Source: Cenococcum geophilum (taxonomy: Eukaryota). Taken from it: a DNA stretch of 64,000 nt. The notes beneath the pieces are model-generated. The model searched no databases. It was not told the DNA's origin and worked only from the letters and a program-made list of their open reading frames with translations. The DNA lies in NCBI GenBank assembly GCA_050273025.1, contig CP158635.1:9982001-10046000 (forward strand), given 5' to 3'. A program made the translations under genes and the position numbers. Positions 1 through 11,375 of this stretch are shown here, one piece after another; within the stretch, counting starts at the first letter, position 1, and each line of letters starts with the position of its first letter.

Positions 1-3000
1 AACATAGCTTACGCTTTATATTTTTATACTAATCTAATATCCGCAGCAAAGCTCTATAGGGTTAAAGTAATTATAAAGTAATTTATAAACTACTTACACT
101 ATAAGGATAACGGAAGCCTATTTGCCAACCTTATAGAATACGAAGGTCTTTACCTTATTAATGCCATCGCCTACTTACTACCTACTCCTATAGCCTACGC
201 TACCTCTACTAGATTCTTTAAGACCTTAGCATATAATAGAGTATAGTATTAGCGCTTACTATACTACAATATAGAGTTAGTGGATTATTTACCAACTACG
301 GCAGATAGGGTTAAAGTGGTTAAAACAGACAGAGGAAGGACTCCGTACAGTATACTACTTTATAAACTATATATTCTTAGAAAGATAATATAATAAATAT
401 CTCACAGAATATCCGCAAAGGGAACCTACCCTTTTAAACATATTTACTTTAATATTATTATAAAGGAAGACGGGTTCAATAGAGATACGTATATAGCTCA
501 CTTTTGGTATAACTATACAAAGTACCATTATACTTTTCCTATTAAGAACCACAAGCAAGAGACACTACTCCTACTCTTTAAATCAATAATAGCATTTACG
601 AAAAAATTTAATACTTAAGGTATCCGCATTTAGTATATAGACAAGGAGTAAGGTATAGGCGCTAGGGTAAAGAACCTTATATAGCTTAATAGAGGTATTA
701 TTAAGCAATTAACGCTATATACCCTAGCTTAAAATAAACCTACGGAGAGGTTAGGGAGAGCTATTTCCAAATAAGTAAGGACTGTGGTTATTAAAGCAAA
801 GTTACCCATAGATCTATAGCCCGAGTTTATACTCCTTACAGTATTCCTACTTAATTAAACTCCTATTAAGTCCATTAACTAAAAGACCCCATTTAAGATA
901 CTATATAAATAAAAGCCATAGCTAACAGGACTTTATGTAGCCGGATCTTTAACCTACGTGCTTATTAAATATAGCATTCCTAAAAAGGCAAAGTTTAAGC
1001 TACAAGCCTAAATAGGTTATCTTATTAGTATAAAAGCGTTAAATATCTATAGAATATGGATACTAACTACTAACTACATTATCCGATCTTATAATGTACG
1101 AATTAATAAGTTAAAGAGATATTAGTCTTTAGAAAAACTAGAACACCTTATTATCTTATAAGCTTAAAAGGACCGTTTTTAGCAAGTCTAGGACTTACTG
1201 GATAATCTTTAAGATGGCAGTAAGGACTAAATAGAGAATTTTAATAATAAACTAGATATAAGACTACCGCATTTAGCAAATATTAACGTTACTCCTATAT
1301 TAAAAAGCATTTAGATCTTAATGGAAGAACTCCGTTAGCTACCTACCTTAAAGCTAACTCTAGAACCGTCTAGACTATCTACGTCTTCGGCGCCTTAACA
1401 GACATCATTTACTACTTAGTTATCTCCTAAAGTTACCAAACCACTATTTGTAGATCCTACACCTTATTCCAAACCTCAGACGATAGCAGGCTTATTATTA
1501 GGGGGTAAGAGACGTTCTAGCCGTAAAAAGCGGCCTACGGTAAAGAAGAAAGATATACTAAATTAGGATTTATAATAACGAGCCTTTGCGGTTTAAATTA
1601 ATAACGGTGACAATAACCTTATTAATCCAGATATAACACCATTAGCTTACGCTTTCTATACTGCTGCTACGAAGACATACGGATATTAAGACGATTTTCC
1701 ACCGCCACTAAAGTCATGGAAAGAGATGCTTAATTATAGGTACGCTACAGAGTTTAAAGTAGCTGCTTATACCGAGATAAAGGCCTTAATGGGAAAACAC
1801 ACCTAGGACGAGGTACGACTAGTTAAGAAAGTTTATCGACTTCCTACTATATAGGTCTTTACGTACAAGGAAAATTTAGACGGCTTTATTACGAGATTTA
1901 AAGCTTATCTAGTTATCTGTGGAGACCTTTAAGCAGTCTTATAAAAGGAGGTTAAAGCTATTACGGTAGCCTATCGGACCTTCCGTCTAATCTACGCTCT
2001 TATCGCCAGCTTTAACCTAGACGTTATACAGATTAACGCCGTTAACGCCTTTATTAATGCCTTAGTTAACAATAAGGTCTACTTTATTCCCCCTAAGGGT
2101 ATAGACCTACCGCCTAGATTCTCTCTCTATCTAAGAAAGGCAATATACGGACTACAGAAATCTCTAAAATTATAGTTTTTAGAAATATCTGCTGCTCTAT
2201 AAAGTATGGGTTTAAAAGCTATACCGGATAAGCTATGTCTCTATATACACCCTACCAAACCTATCTTTATATTCTTCTACGTTGACGACATCCTAATTAT
2301 AGGATACCTGAACTGTTAATAGCAAATAGAGGACATCTTAAAGCAGCTATAAGATCAATTTAAGATCCGCCAAATACCTTAGTTCACGTCATTCCTAAAT
2401 ACTTATATCGTGCGAGATCGACTAAAGGGAAAGCTCTAGCTATGCCTAGATTAGTATCTTAAGAAGCTAGTCTTAATATACCACCTAGAGTATCTAAAGC
2501 TATTAGCTACACTACTATTGGGCCAAGAATTAACACTATATAAGGGAGAAGCTACGCCAAATTAGATAAAAGGATATTAACGCTGTATAGATTCTGCAAT
2601 ATATCCTATATCTACTATATAACTAGACATTGCTTTCTTAGTTAGTAAGCTAGCTAAGTTCTTATAAAATCCGTCACTAGCTTATCTTACGGAGATTAAT
2701 AGATTGCTTACCTATCTCTACAATACCAGATACCTTACTCTTAAGTTCTCTACTATTACGCCGTATAAGATAAACTAGGTTCTAAAAGCTGCTTCTAATG
2801 CTAGCTTTGCTAACGATACTCTAATACATTAGAGCTTACAGGGCTTCTTAATAAGCTTGTTTAATGGGCTTATAGTATAGCAGGTAACTAGATAAAAGGC
2901 AGTTACTAAGTCTACCACAGAGGCAGAACTCCTAGCTCTCTTATACGTTAGTGGGGAGGTTAAGCATATAGTTTGGATCTTTAAAGCCATTAGATTCGAT

Positions 3001-3590
3001 CCCAAATAGGACATTATTATTAATTGTGACAATTAGTAGTTAGTACGGATCGTGATGAAAGAAACCCCTACGGTATTTATAAAACTCCGATATGTAGATA
3101 TCTATTAATTCTAGCTTCGCCAAGAAGTCTAAAATGGAAGCTTTGTCGTTTAATAGGTATTAATGAGTGAGATAGTTGCAGATAGACTAACTAAAGCTCT
3201 ATTAAAGCAAAATTATCAAAAATTCGTTAATATGGTAGGGCTCCGCGATATTAGATATCTAGTTAATTGACGCTTAGCAAAGCTCACTACTAGCTCGTCT
3301 ATTACGACTACCTAATCCGGTAATCTAGCTCTGCCGCTCTATGCTAGATCTGAGGGGGTGTGTTGGCCACAGAGGTAGCTTTACCTATAGGTAATATTAA
3401 CCTGTGACGACAGCTGTTAGATATTAGTATTAGCCTAATATCGTCTTATTACACCACCCTCTAGGGACCCCTATAGGGGGTCAATTCTATTATATATATT
3501 AAGGCTCTTAAAGCCACCTTAAATAAAATAGATCACTTATTTAATTCTATATCTCTACCTATAAGCTAGCTTAAGTCATTTATCTTAATA
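1..3590 (+). mobile_element. Ty1/Copia LTR retrotransposon, 5' part outside the window (integrase, RT, RNase H, 3' LTR), RIP-degraded
   Basis: RT motifs RFKAYLVICGDL, INAVNAFINA, LRKAIYGLQKS and FFYVDDIL (YVDD at 2278-2289). RNase H motifs SNASFAND, KSTTEAELLAL and ADRLTKAL. Integrase precedes RT (Copia order). PPT TGAGGGGGTG at 3351-3360 directly precedes TGTTGG. Confidence 0.93.
3361..3590 (+). repeat. 3' LTR of the Copia element
   Basis: Starts TGTTGG right after the PPT. The end is inferred at ...CTTAATA (3590), read as a RIP-altered ...CAACA. The partner LTR is outside the window. Confidence 0.7.
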
Positions 3591-3603
3591 CCTATCTAGC
3601 TAA

Positions 3604-4172
3604 AACGAAGTTCTATATAAAGCTCTATATAAAGCTCTATATAAAGCTCTATATAAAGCTCTATATAAAGTTTTATATAAGGCTTTATATAAAGCTCTAT
3701 ATAAAGCTCTATACGAAGTTTTATACAAAGCTCTATATAAAGCTCTGTATAAAGTTCTATACAAAGTTCTATATAAAGCTTTATATAAAGTTCTATATAA
3801 GGCTCTATATAAAGTTTTACATAAGGCTCTATATAAAGCTCTATATAAAGCTCTGCACGAAGTTCCGTATAAAGCTTTACGCGAAGCTCTATATAAAGCT
3901 TTATATAAAGTTCTATATAAGGCTCTATATAAAGCTCTATATAAGGCTCTATATAAAGTTCTATATAAGGCTCTATATAAAGCTCTATATAAGCTCTGCA
4001 CGAAGTTCTATATAAAGCTCTGTATAAAGCTCTATACGAAGCTCTATATAAAGCTCTTATATAAAGCTCTATATAAGGCTTTATATAAGGCTCTATATAA
4101 AGCTCTGTATATAGAGGCTCTGTATAAGGCTCTGCGCGAAGCTTTATATATAGAGGCTCTATATAAAGCTCT
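3604..4172. repeat. 12-bp minisatellite AAGCTCTATATA (probable ancestral unit AAGCTCTGCACG); resumes briefly at 5451-5485
   Basis: Directly visible tandem units. Variants AAGCTCTGCACG, AAGCTCTGTATA and AAGTTCTATATA differ mainly by transitions. Confidence 0.97.
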
Positions 4173-5450
4173 TGTCGAGCTAAATCGGAGTTACTTATTA
4201 CCGTCTTACCCTTAACTTGGTTACCGACTTGGTCATTAACCTGTAACTTATACCTTATATATAAATAGTCTCTTTTCTTTATAGATTAATCTATATATGA
4301 GTTCTTTTTTTCTTATAATTAGTACACGGACTTCTAATTGATAGTTATAAGCCCGGAGTTGTTTCCTATACACTAGTTATTCTTTTAATCAGCTGTCCCT
4401 ATAGGCTTATATTTAGGTACTTTAATTATTAATATACTTATAATTACCTTTATATCCTTCCACTAATGTTATAACTAATAATGTCTACTATACGCTAGAG
4501 ACGAGGCAGGAGCTAGATATAAGGCAGGTATTAAAGTACTAGATTAAGGTAGGCCGGGTTAAGGTAGGTACTTAGTGCTAAATATAAGGCAGGAGCCAGA
4601 GATAAGGCGGCCTAAGAGTTTAGGTTTATTAGGGTAATAAGCTAGTGGAAGGACAGGAGCTAGCACCTTACTGCTATATTACCCTAGACGCTAGCACCAT
4701 ACTACTAAAAACTAATAAGACTCCGCGCCAATTTACCTACGGATACTAACCAGTCGCTAGCATTATACTACTATTTTACCCTAGAGCTAGCACCTTACTG
4801 CTATATTATTATAAAGATAGCGTGTTACCGCTTTACCCCGGAGCTAGTATCTTACTACTATATTACCCTAGAGCTGGTACCTTACTACTATATTATATCA
4901 ACACTGGCACCATACTGCTAAGGATAAGATAACGACTATACTATTACGGCTTAGCTAAATATTAGATAGACGATTGTTAGATAGTATAGGAGGATCTAGG
5001 TATAGATAGACGATTGCTAGAGTATATAGGAGGATCTAGGCATAGATGGACGATTGCTAGATAGTATAGGAGGATCTAAACACTAGTACGGCTAGTATTA
5101 ACGGACAAAGACTAATAACGTGGCTGCTGACCTGCGGCCCTATTGACAAGTTAGCCTATATATGGCCTTACTAAAGACTTACCGATAACTATCGACAACC
5201 TGGCCTTAATAAGAAACTCAACACTGCGCTAGGACTAGTAATATAGCTTTAATCTTAGAGAGCTTAAAGCTAGGAGGGTGTGTTGAGCTAAATTGGAGTT
5301 ACTTATTACCGTCTTACCCTTGACTTAGTTACCGACTCGGTCATTGACCTATGACTTATACCTTATGTATAAATAGTCTCTTTTCTTTATAGATCAATCT
5401 ATACACGAGTTCTTTTTTCTTATAATCGGTGTATGGATTTCCGATTGACA
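4173..5450 (+). mobile_element. Non-autonomous LTR retroelement (TRIM/LARD-like, Copia-type signals), 1278 bp
   Basis: Two ~170-bp LTRs (4173-4343 and 5281-5450, TGT...ACA/ATA). 5-bp TSD GCTCT (4168-4172 and 5451-5455). PBS-like GTTATAAGCCC after the 5' LTR; PPT TAGGAGGGTG before the 3' LTR. Interior has short repeats and no recognisable gag/pol. Confidence 0.92.
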
Positions 5451-5627
5451 GCTCTGCGTACGGAGGCTCTACACAAAGCTTTGTATTGGGTCCCCGCTAT
5501 ATTCCCAATAGCCTCTATATGTGCCTCTGCTAAGTATACCCCCTATATACACCTAGGTAGCCACCTTATTTTTTACCCTTCTTTATATCCTTTCTACCTA
5601 GGAAGATACTAAAACGACAGCTAGCAG

Positions 5628-6018
5628 ATGACCGTCGCTGGAGCTAGACGACCGTCAGAGCTAGACGACCGTCGTTAGAGCTAGACGACCGTCGCCGGAG
5701 CCAGATGACCGTCGCCAGAGCTGGACGATTGTCGCTAAAGCTAGACGACCGTCGTCAGAGCTAGACGACCGTCGTTAGAGCTAGATGACCGTCGTTAGAG
5801 CTAGACGACCGTCGTCAGAGCTGGACGACTGTCGCCGGAGCTAGATGACCGTCGCTAGAGCTAGACGACCGTCAGAGCTAGACGACCGTTGTTAGAGCTA
5901 GACGATCGTCGCCGGAGCTAGATGACCGTTGCTAGAGCTAGACGACCGTCAGAGCTAGACGACCGTTATTAGAGCTAGACGATTGTTGCCGGAGCTAGAT
6001 GACCGTCGCTAGAGCTAT
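5628..6018. repeat. 17-20-bp minisatellite GAGCTAGACGACCGTC(GYYR)
   Basis: About 20 adjacent units visible, with no spacers. Confidence 0.95.
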
Positions 6019-6089
6019 ATGATAACCGTTTAAACGACCAGCTAGCGAATACGATAAACGATTTAATTGATTGATTGAATTAAGGTAAT

Positions 6090-6287
6090 ATAGATAGGTA
6101 GGTATAGATAGGTAGGTATAGACGGGTAGGTATAGACAGATAGACAGGTAGATAGGTAGGTAGGTAGGTAGGTAGGCAGGCAGGTAAGCAGGTAGGTAGG
6201 TAGGTAGGTAGGTAGGTAGGTAGGTAGGCAGGCAGATAGGTAGGTAGGTAAGTAGGTAGGTAGGTAGGTTAGTAGGTAGGTAGGTAG
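6090..6287. repeat. (TAGG)n microsatellite with CAGG/TAGA variants
   Basis: Directly visible. Confidence 0.95.
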
Positions 6288-6369
6288 AAGAGAACCGTCG
6301 CTATATATTAAATTATCTAAAATAATATAATTTTATACTAACTATATAAACTAAGCAAATACTATTAAG

Positions 6370-6620
6370 TGTGTAGGAAGAGCAAAATATATAGAATGTG
6401 TGAGGAGGGTATTATATACAGAATGCACGAGGAGGGCATTATATATTAATTGCGCATTAAGTGCAAAATGCGTAATTAGCTGCACTGTATTATTAAATAC
6501 GGTAGTATGCTGTACTATATTGTTAAATACGGCAGTTAGCTGCACTGCGTTGTTAAATATAGTAGTATGCGGCAGTATACTATATCGCATTATTAAATAC
6601 GGCAGTATGCTACACCTTAG
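6370..6620. repeat. Degenerate 27-bp and 30-bp tandem repeats
   Basis: TGCACTGTATTATTAAATACGGTAGTATGC-type units start at 6481, 6511 and 6541. GAATGTGTGAGGAGGG-type units lie at about 6370-6440. Confidence 0.75.
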
Positions 6621-6732
6621 TTAATACTATACGCTACACGTTATAGTGCGCGGAATGCGTATTTGGCCGCTAAATGCTGCCAAATGCTGTAAAAATGCTA
6701 GTAAATTTTTTCTTAACGAAGGTTCTGTTACA

Positions 6733-7508
6733 CCTAGCTTTTATATATAATAAGAGTAAAAGCTAGAGTAATTAAAAATTAACGCTGTAAGTAAAAGCCT
6801 CTTATACCCTCCTATTTATAAAGCACGGAAAATATAGGGATAACTTTCTTACTATCCTACTAAGTAAATAGGGTAGGTCCGTTATATATATCTATTATAA
6901 TTAGTAGTAACTAAGGCTAATCCTTTTTAATATCCGCGTGTCCCTTCTATATAACATCTTTAACTATACTAGTAGTACCGTTTACTAAGCCTAGTTTAAT
7001 TTAGATATTCTATATTAGTATTACTTTTACGCTAATATATAGGGCTAGATTCTCTATAGTATTGCACTAATTAAGAGTGACTTTCTATATACCTACACTA
7101 GTGTTAACTAACTTAATAGCCACTACTAGCTATAAAAGGTCGTAAAGCTAAGTAGTGTTATACTTACCTATAGTAGCGCGTATGCTATATAGCCGAATTA
7201 TATTATTAAAGCCCGTAACCTTATTAGTAGATAAGCCCTACTTATACCTAGTTAAAAGAAGCTTTTAGGTTAATTTACTTATAGAATTACTATATAGCTT
7301 TATAAGGGTAGTCCTAAATATAAAGCTCTTAGCGTTATTACCGCCCTACCGTATAACTTAATTTAGAATAATAGTTTGGTTAATTGCCTTATAGGCTTCT
7401 TTTTTATAGCTAGTAAGCTCTAATAGCCTAGCGGGTAGATTACTATATAAGGCCGCCTAATTTATAGGGGGAAGCTAATGGAAATCGCCTATTAGTAAGA
7501 TGTTTAAG
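6733..7508 (-). pseudogene. PIF1-family helicase fragment (Helitron-type RepHel), truncated at both ends
   Basis: Minus-strand translation gives LNILLIGDFH*LPPI (PIF1 motif GDFxQLPP), VKVILI*NI*IKLGLVNGTTSIV (KVMLxxN...GLVNG) and QR*FLITLAFTLIIYKS* (QFPxxLAFAxTIHKSQG). Confidence 0.88.
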
Positions 7509-7859
7509 TGTTACGGAACACCCCCGTAATACCTTATACACATCTACCTATTTCTACCAACTTAGCAATTAGAGACTAACTGCGAAATAGCAATCTAATA
7601 GTAATTTAATGGCAATTTAACGGCAATCTACGGTATTCTGCTATATTCTACTAAGTTCTGCTAAGACTATAACCTAAACCCTATTCTGCCCTATATATAT
7701 ATTAACTAAGCAACTAAGTTAATAATATATGCCCATCCTTCCCGTTTTCTTACCTTCTTTCCTTACGTAATATCTTAATCTCATTACACAGTTTATATAT
7801 ATAGCTTAATAATATCTACTTTGCTATATATTATCGTCGCTTATACTTACTCCGTAATA
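7509..7859. repeat. Probable LTR (~350 bp) interrupting the helicase
   Basis: Starts TGTTACGG exactly where the helicase frame breaks and ends CCGTAATA (RIP form of CCGTAACA, an 8-bp terminal inverted repeat). No matching TSD. Confidence 0.65.
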
Positions 7860-8325
7860 CTATATTACGTTAAACCTATACCACCTTACCCTACCTAATA
7901 TACAGAACGACCTAGAAGCCCCTATATCTATAACTAATTTACGTAATATATTTACTCTATTAAAAAAGAAAATGGAGATCTAACTGCCGGTTTTGGAGGG
8001 TTCTATCGCCGTTTTTGGAGGTCGCGTCGCCAAAACTCCCCGCCGCCCTAAGCCTCCTGCTTGCCAGTCTAACGTTAAACCTCTTACTTACTGCCCTATG
8101 CCCTTGCTTTTTAATAGGTAAACTATAATCTTCTATGCGCCTGGCGCTAAAGCTATATAACTCTATAACTCCTACCTCTAATCCGTTTAATCCAGGCCCC
8201 GTTTCTCTTATTCTCTACCCCCCTATCTCCTTAACCCCATATTGCTCTTTAGATCCTTCCCGCCGTTATTACCCTTTAGGTCCCTCCCGCCGCCACTACC
8301 CTAAGTTCTCTTCTAGCTCCCTAAA

Positions 8326-10844
8326 ATGCGGCGCGCTTAATTATTAGATTGCAGCTTATTGTCTAGCGTTACTGATAATAAGTATATAGACACAGATAGC
8401 GACGGTAATAGCTATGGGATAGAACCGACCGTCTTTAACAGTAATGCCGATAGTGATGCCGATAGTAACGCCAACTATAACGCCAATAGTGGCATTAACT
8501 GTGACGCTAATAGTATCGCTAAATCTAATGATGCTTGCGAAGCGCCTGCTCGAGCATAGCTTTATAAGGATTAAGATTATCTACTAGAATACTATCTTAA
8601 ATAGTTAAAAGAGTTTAAGGAATTTAATTTTACGACGTAGGACTACGCCGATGGCAGTATGAATCTCCTTAACTGTATTAAAGATTAATAGTATTAGTAA
8701 GTAATAACCTGTTTTATGGCTTTCTCTTAGGCTTAACTTAGAGCTGACTATTTCTAGATACTATACCTATATAAGGAAAGACCCTAAGAAAACGTACTAA
8801 GTCCTCTCGCTTTAGCTGCTTTATAGCTTTTTTGACTAGCTCCTAAATTAGAAATGAGGGAAGGGGGGTAAGAAATAGTACGGGATAAAGCTTTCTAGCT
8901 CGCTTAGTGTATACTAGAAGTACTATCGCCTTATATATAAGAGAGCAACTAGTAGGAAAATTGCTAGTAAATTAACCCGCTAGATATATAAGGTAATTAT
9001 ATTCCTAGTTAACCCTTTAGCCTAGTAAAGTAAGGTAGAGCTAAAATATCTTTTCTAGGTACTTTAGAAACTGGCGAAGAAACATGGCTTAAGTAATAAG
9101 AAGTAAGAAAAGCCTGTTATAGACGTAGAGGATCTTGCCCTAGTTCTTAAAACCAACTTAGTTATAATGAGAAAGAGATATATAGTTAGGCGACATTGGA
9201 TATAAGTCTATTTCTTACTATAGCTAAGCTTTTACACTATAAGCCGACCTAAAGCTCTTCTTAATCTATGCTATTAACATATAATAGTTACACTTATTTA
9301 TAACCTAGAAGGTAGGCCTTATAAGATTATGCTTAAGTTTATATTCAAATTTACTAAGAAATATCTTAGCATAAAAGAAGCGTATATTCTCTTTCTATCT
9401 TATTCCTCTTACCTTATGCTTATAGAGAACTAATAATACTTTCCCAATTCCTAAGATTATTTTCAACCCTTTACTTATTTTTAGCCCTTACGTCTTTTTC
9501 CTAGGCCTTCTCTTTACTAACTAAGCTTTTGCACCCCCTAATCTAACGTTTATAAAGCAGCTTAGTAAGCTATATATTAAGCCTAGGCGTAATAAGTTAC
9601 CGCTGCCACTCTGTTTAGACCTAGATAATATCCCTATATTTCGGCGATTAATTAAAACCCCCTACGGCTATAAGGTCTCACTTAACGAGCCTTTACTATA
9701 CTTAACTCTTTTGCCCTAAATTAAGGACCTTAGCGTAATTATAGGATTTTGGTAGGTTATATGCCTATATAGTCTCCGTTACGGCGTAGGTAAGGCATTT
9801 AACGAAAATAGTGAGTTTTATTGTATAGAGCTAGTTCTACTAAAACCTTTCTAACGCCTATACTACCTAGGTAATGTAAGTGACGCCCTCCGGAACCTAA
9901 TAATGTAGTATGCTAACGCTCGAACATTCCTAAAGCACTACCTTCTGCGGCGTGTTAGCGTAGATATATAGGCAATCGTTTAAGGCTTAAAGCCTTAAGA
10001 AAAGTTAATGAAAGCAGTATGCCGAATAAGCCGATTAATTGACTTATGGCGGCTATAGTACCTAATAATAGAATAATCCTTATTGGTAAACGAGAACCCG
10101 CGTATTTATTTCTTAATTAAAGTTTAAAATAAGCTAAAGCTTAGCCTTAAGCGCAAAACTACAGGAAGTATAGAATACTAAAAGCTTAGCTAAGAAATTA
10201 TAAATAAAAGGCAACGTTAGAGAAATGCGCTATTAGAAAATATTAAGAAGAATTAGGATAACGAATAAGCTATAATTAATATTAAGCGGCAACTTTCCAG
10301 GGTTATATTTAGTGAGGATATTAAAGCAACCTTGAAATCTAGTAATAATAAATCAGTTGAACACAAACGCCTTATTAAAGTGATTATAACGCTACCTAGT
10401 ACGTCACTAGAAGATAAGATACGTAGACGTAATAATGCTATTAATACGGTCGTAGATTACTGTAATATTAAGGAGGGTAGAGCGTACTAGCCGAGTTATC
10501 GCTAGAGATAGTTTAAAATAGATATCGCCCTTGGCTAAGTTAAGATTAAAGAAGATGCTAAGATTTTAGAAGCGGCTAAAGCGCTAGAGAGGGTAAGGTT
10601 ATTCTTATATAAGGAGAAAAGACTAAAAATATGCTTTATCTGCCTTGGGAATAAAAAGCTTGTAATTAGTAAGTATATATATAAGTTCTATACTCTAGCT
10701 ACTATTATAAAACATTTTTAAGGTAGTTATCTCTTTAAACTCCTATAGTAGGGTAAGATTAAATATAACGTTTATAAAGTAACCCTTAAGTATAAAATAC
10801 ATCTTTAAAACTATGCGCTTAGTATATATAGGACCTTTTCCTAG
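8326..10844 (+). pseudogene. DUF3435 tyrosine recombinase (Starship captain) with C-terminal C2H2-like finger; multi-exon, RIP-inactivated
   Basis: ATG at 8326, then an acidic N-terminus. Motifs: EYYLK*LKEF...DYADG; FFD*LLN*K*GKGG...SSL..Y*KYYRLIYKRAT; L*LSFYTISRPKALL (catalytic R); FKFTKKYL; NTFPIPKIIFNP..SPYVF.LGLLF; YSLRYGVGKAFN; VSDALRNLIM*YANARTFLKHYL (catalytic H/Y region); ICFICLGN...KHF. GT-AG introns separate the blocks. Confidence 0.93.
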
Positions 10845-11375
10845 TTATTGCGCGCTTATCTTATTATTCTTTACTACTTTTTATTTCACTTTAGTCTGTT
10901 ATTATCCAATCCTATTATAGTATTTAATAGAATAGATATAATAACTGGGATTTTATAATTTGTTTAGGAGGGGTAATAGGTAAAATAAGGGATAAGGGCT
11001 CCTCTCTAGCCTTGTTATATAAGCCTTACGCGTTATAGAATAAACTAAAACCGATAATTATAGACTAGAAAACGCTGCCTCTTTATATTATGGCTTAGCA
11101 TTTTAACTAAGCCCTATAAAGCCTTAATCTAAGCCATATTAGGTTGGCTTGACTTTTCTATGTCCAATCTTTAATCCTCGCGTTTGCTCGCATCTTGCTT
11201 TTTTCCTTATACTTTTCTCCCTGGTTATTTCCTTATTATAAAACGCGCCCGACGTGTTCTTAACCTCCCTATATTTATTTGCTATTATACTGTCCTTATA
11301 TGCTAGCCTCTTTAACCTCCCCTTTCTGCCTACCTACCCGCCCTCCTGACGTAGCTTTTGGCGCGTTTGTTTATA

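Noticed and set aside
3600..4001. 133-aa ORF (ALYR)n
   Set aside because: Translation of a 12-bp minisatellite; no coding evidence.
5628..6018. CRISPR-like regular repeat
   Set aside because: Units are adjacent with no unique spacers, there are no cas genes, and the context is fungal.
6090..6287. Telomere-like repeat
   Set aside because: The unit is TAGG, not TTAGGG; it is interstitial and degenerate.
7509..7859. Clean solo LTR
   Set aside because: The flanks TTAAG and CTATA do not form a TSD, and the helicase does not resume on the right.
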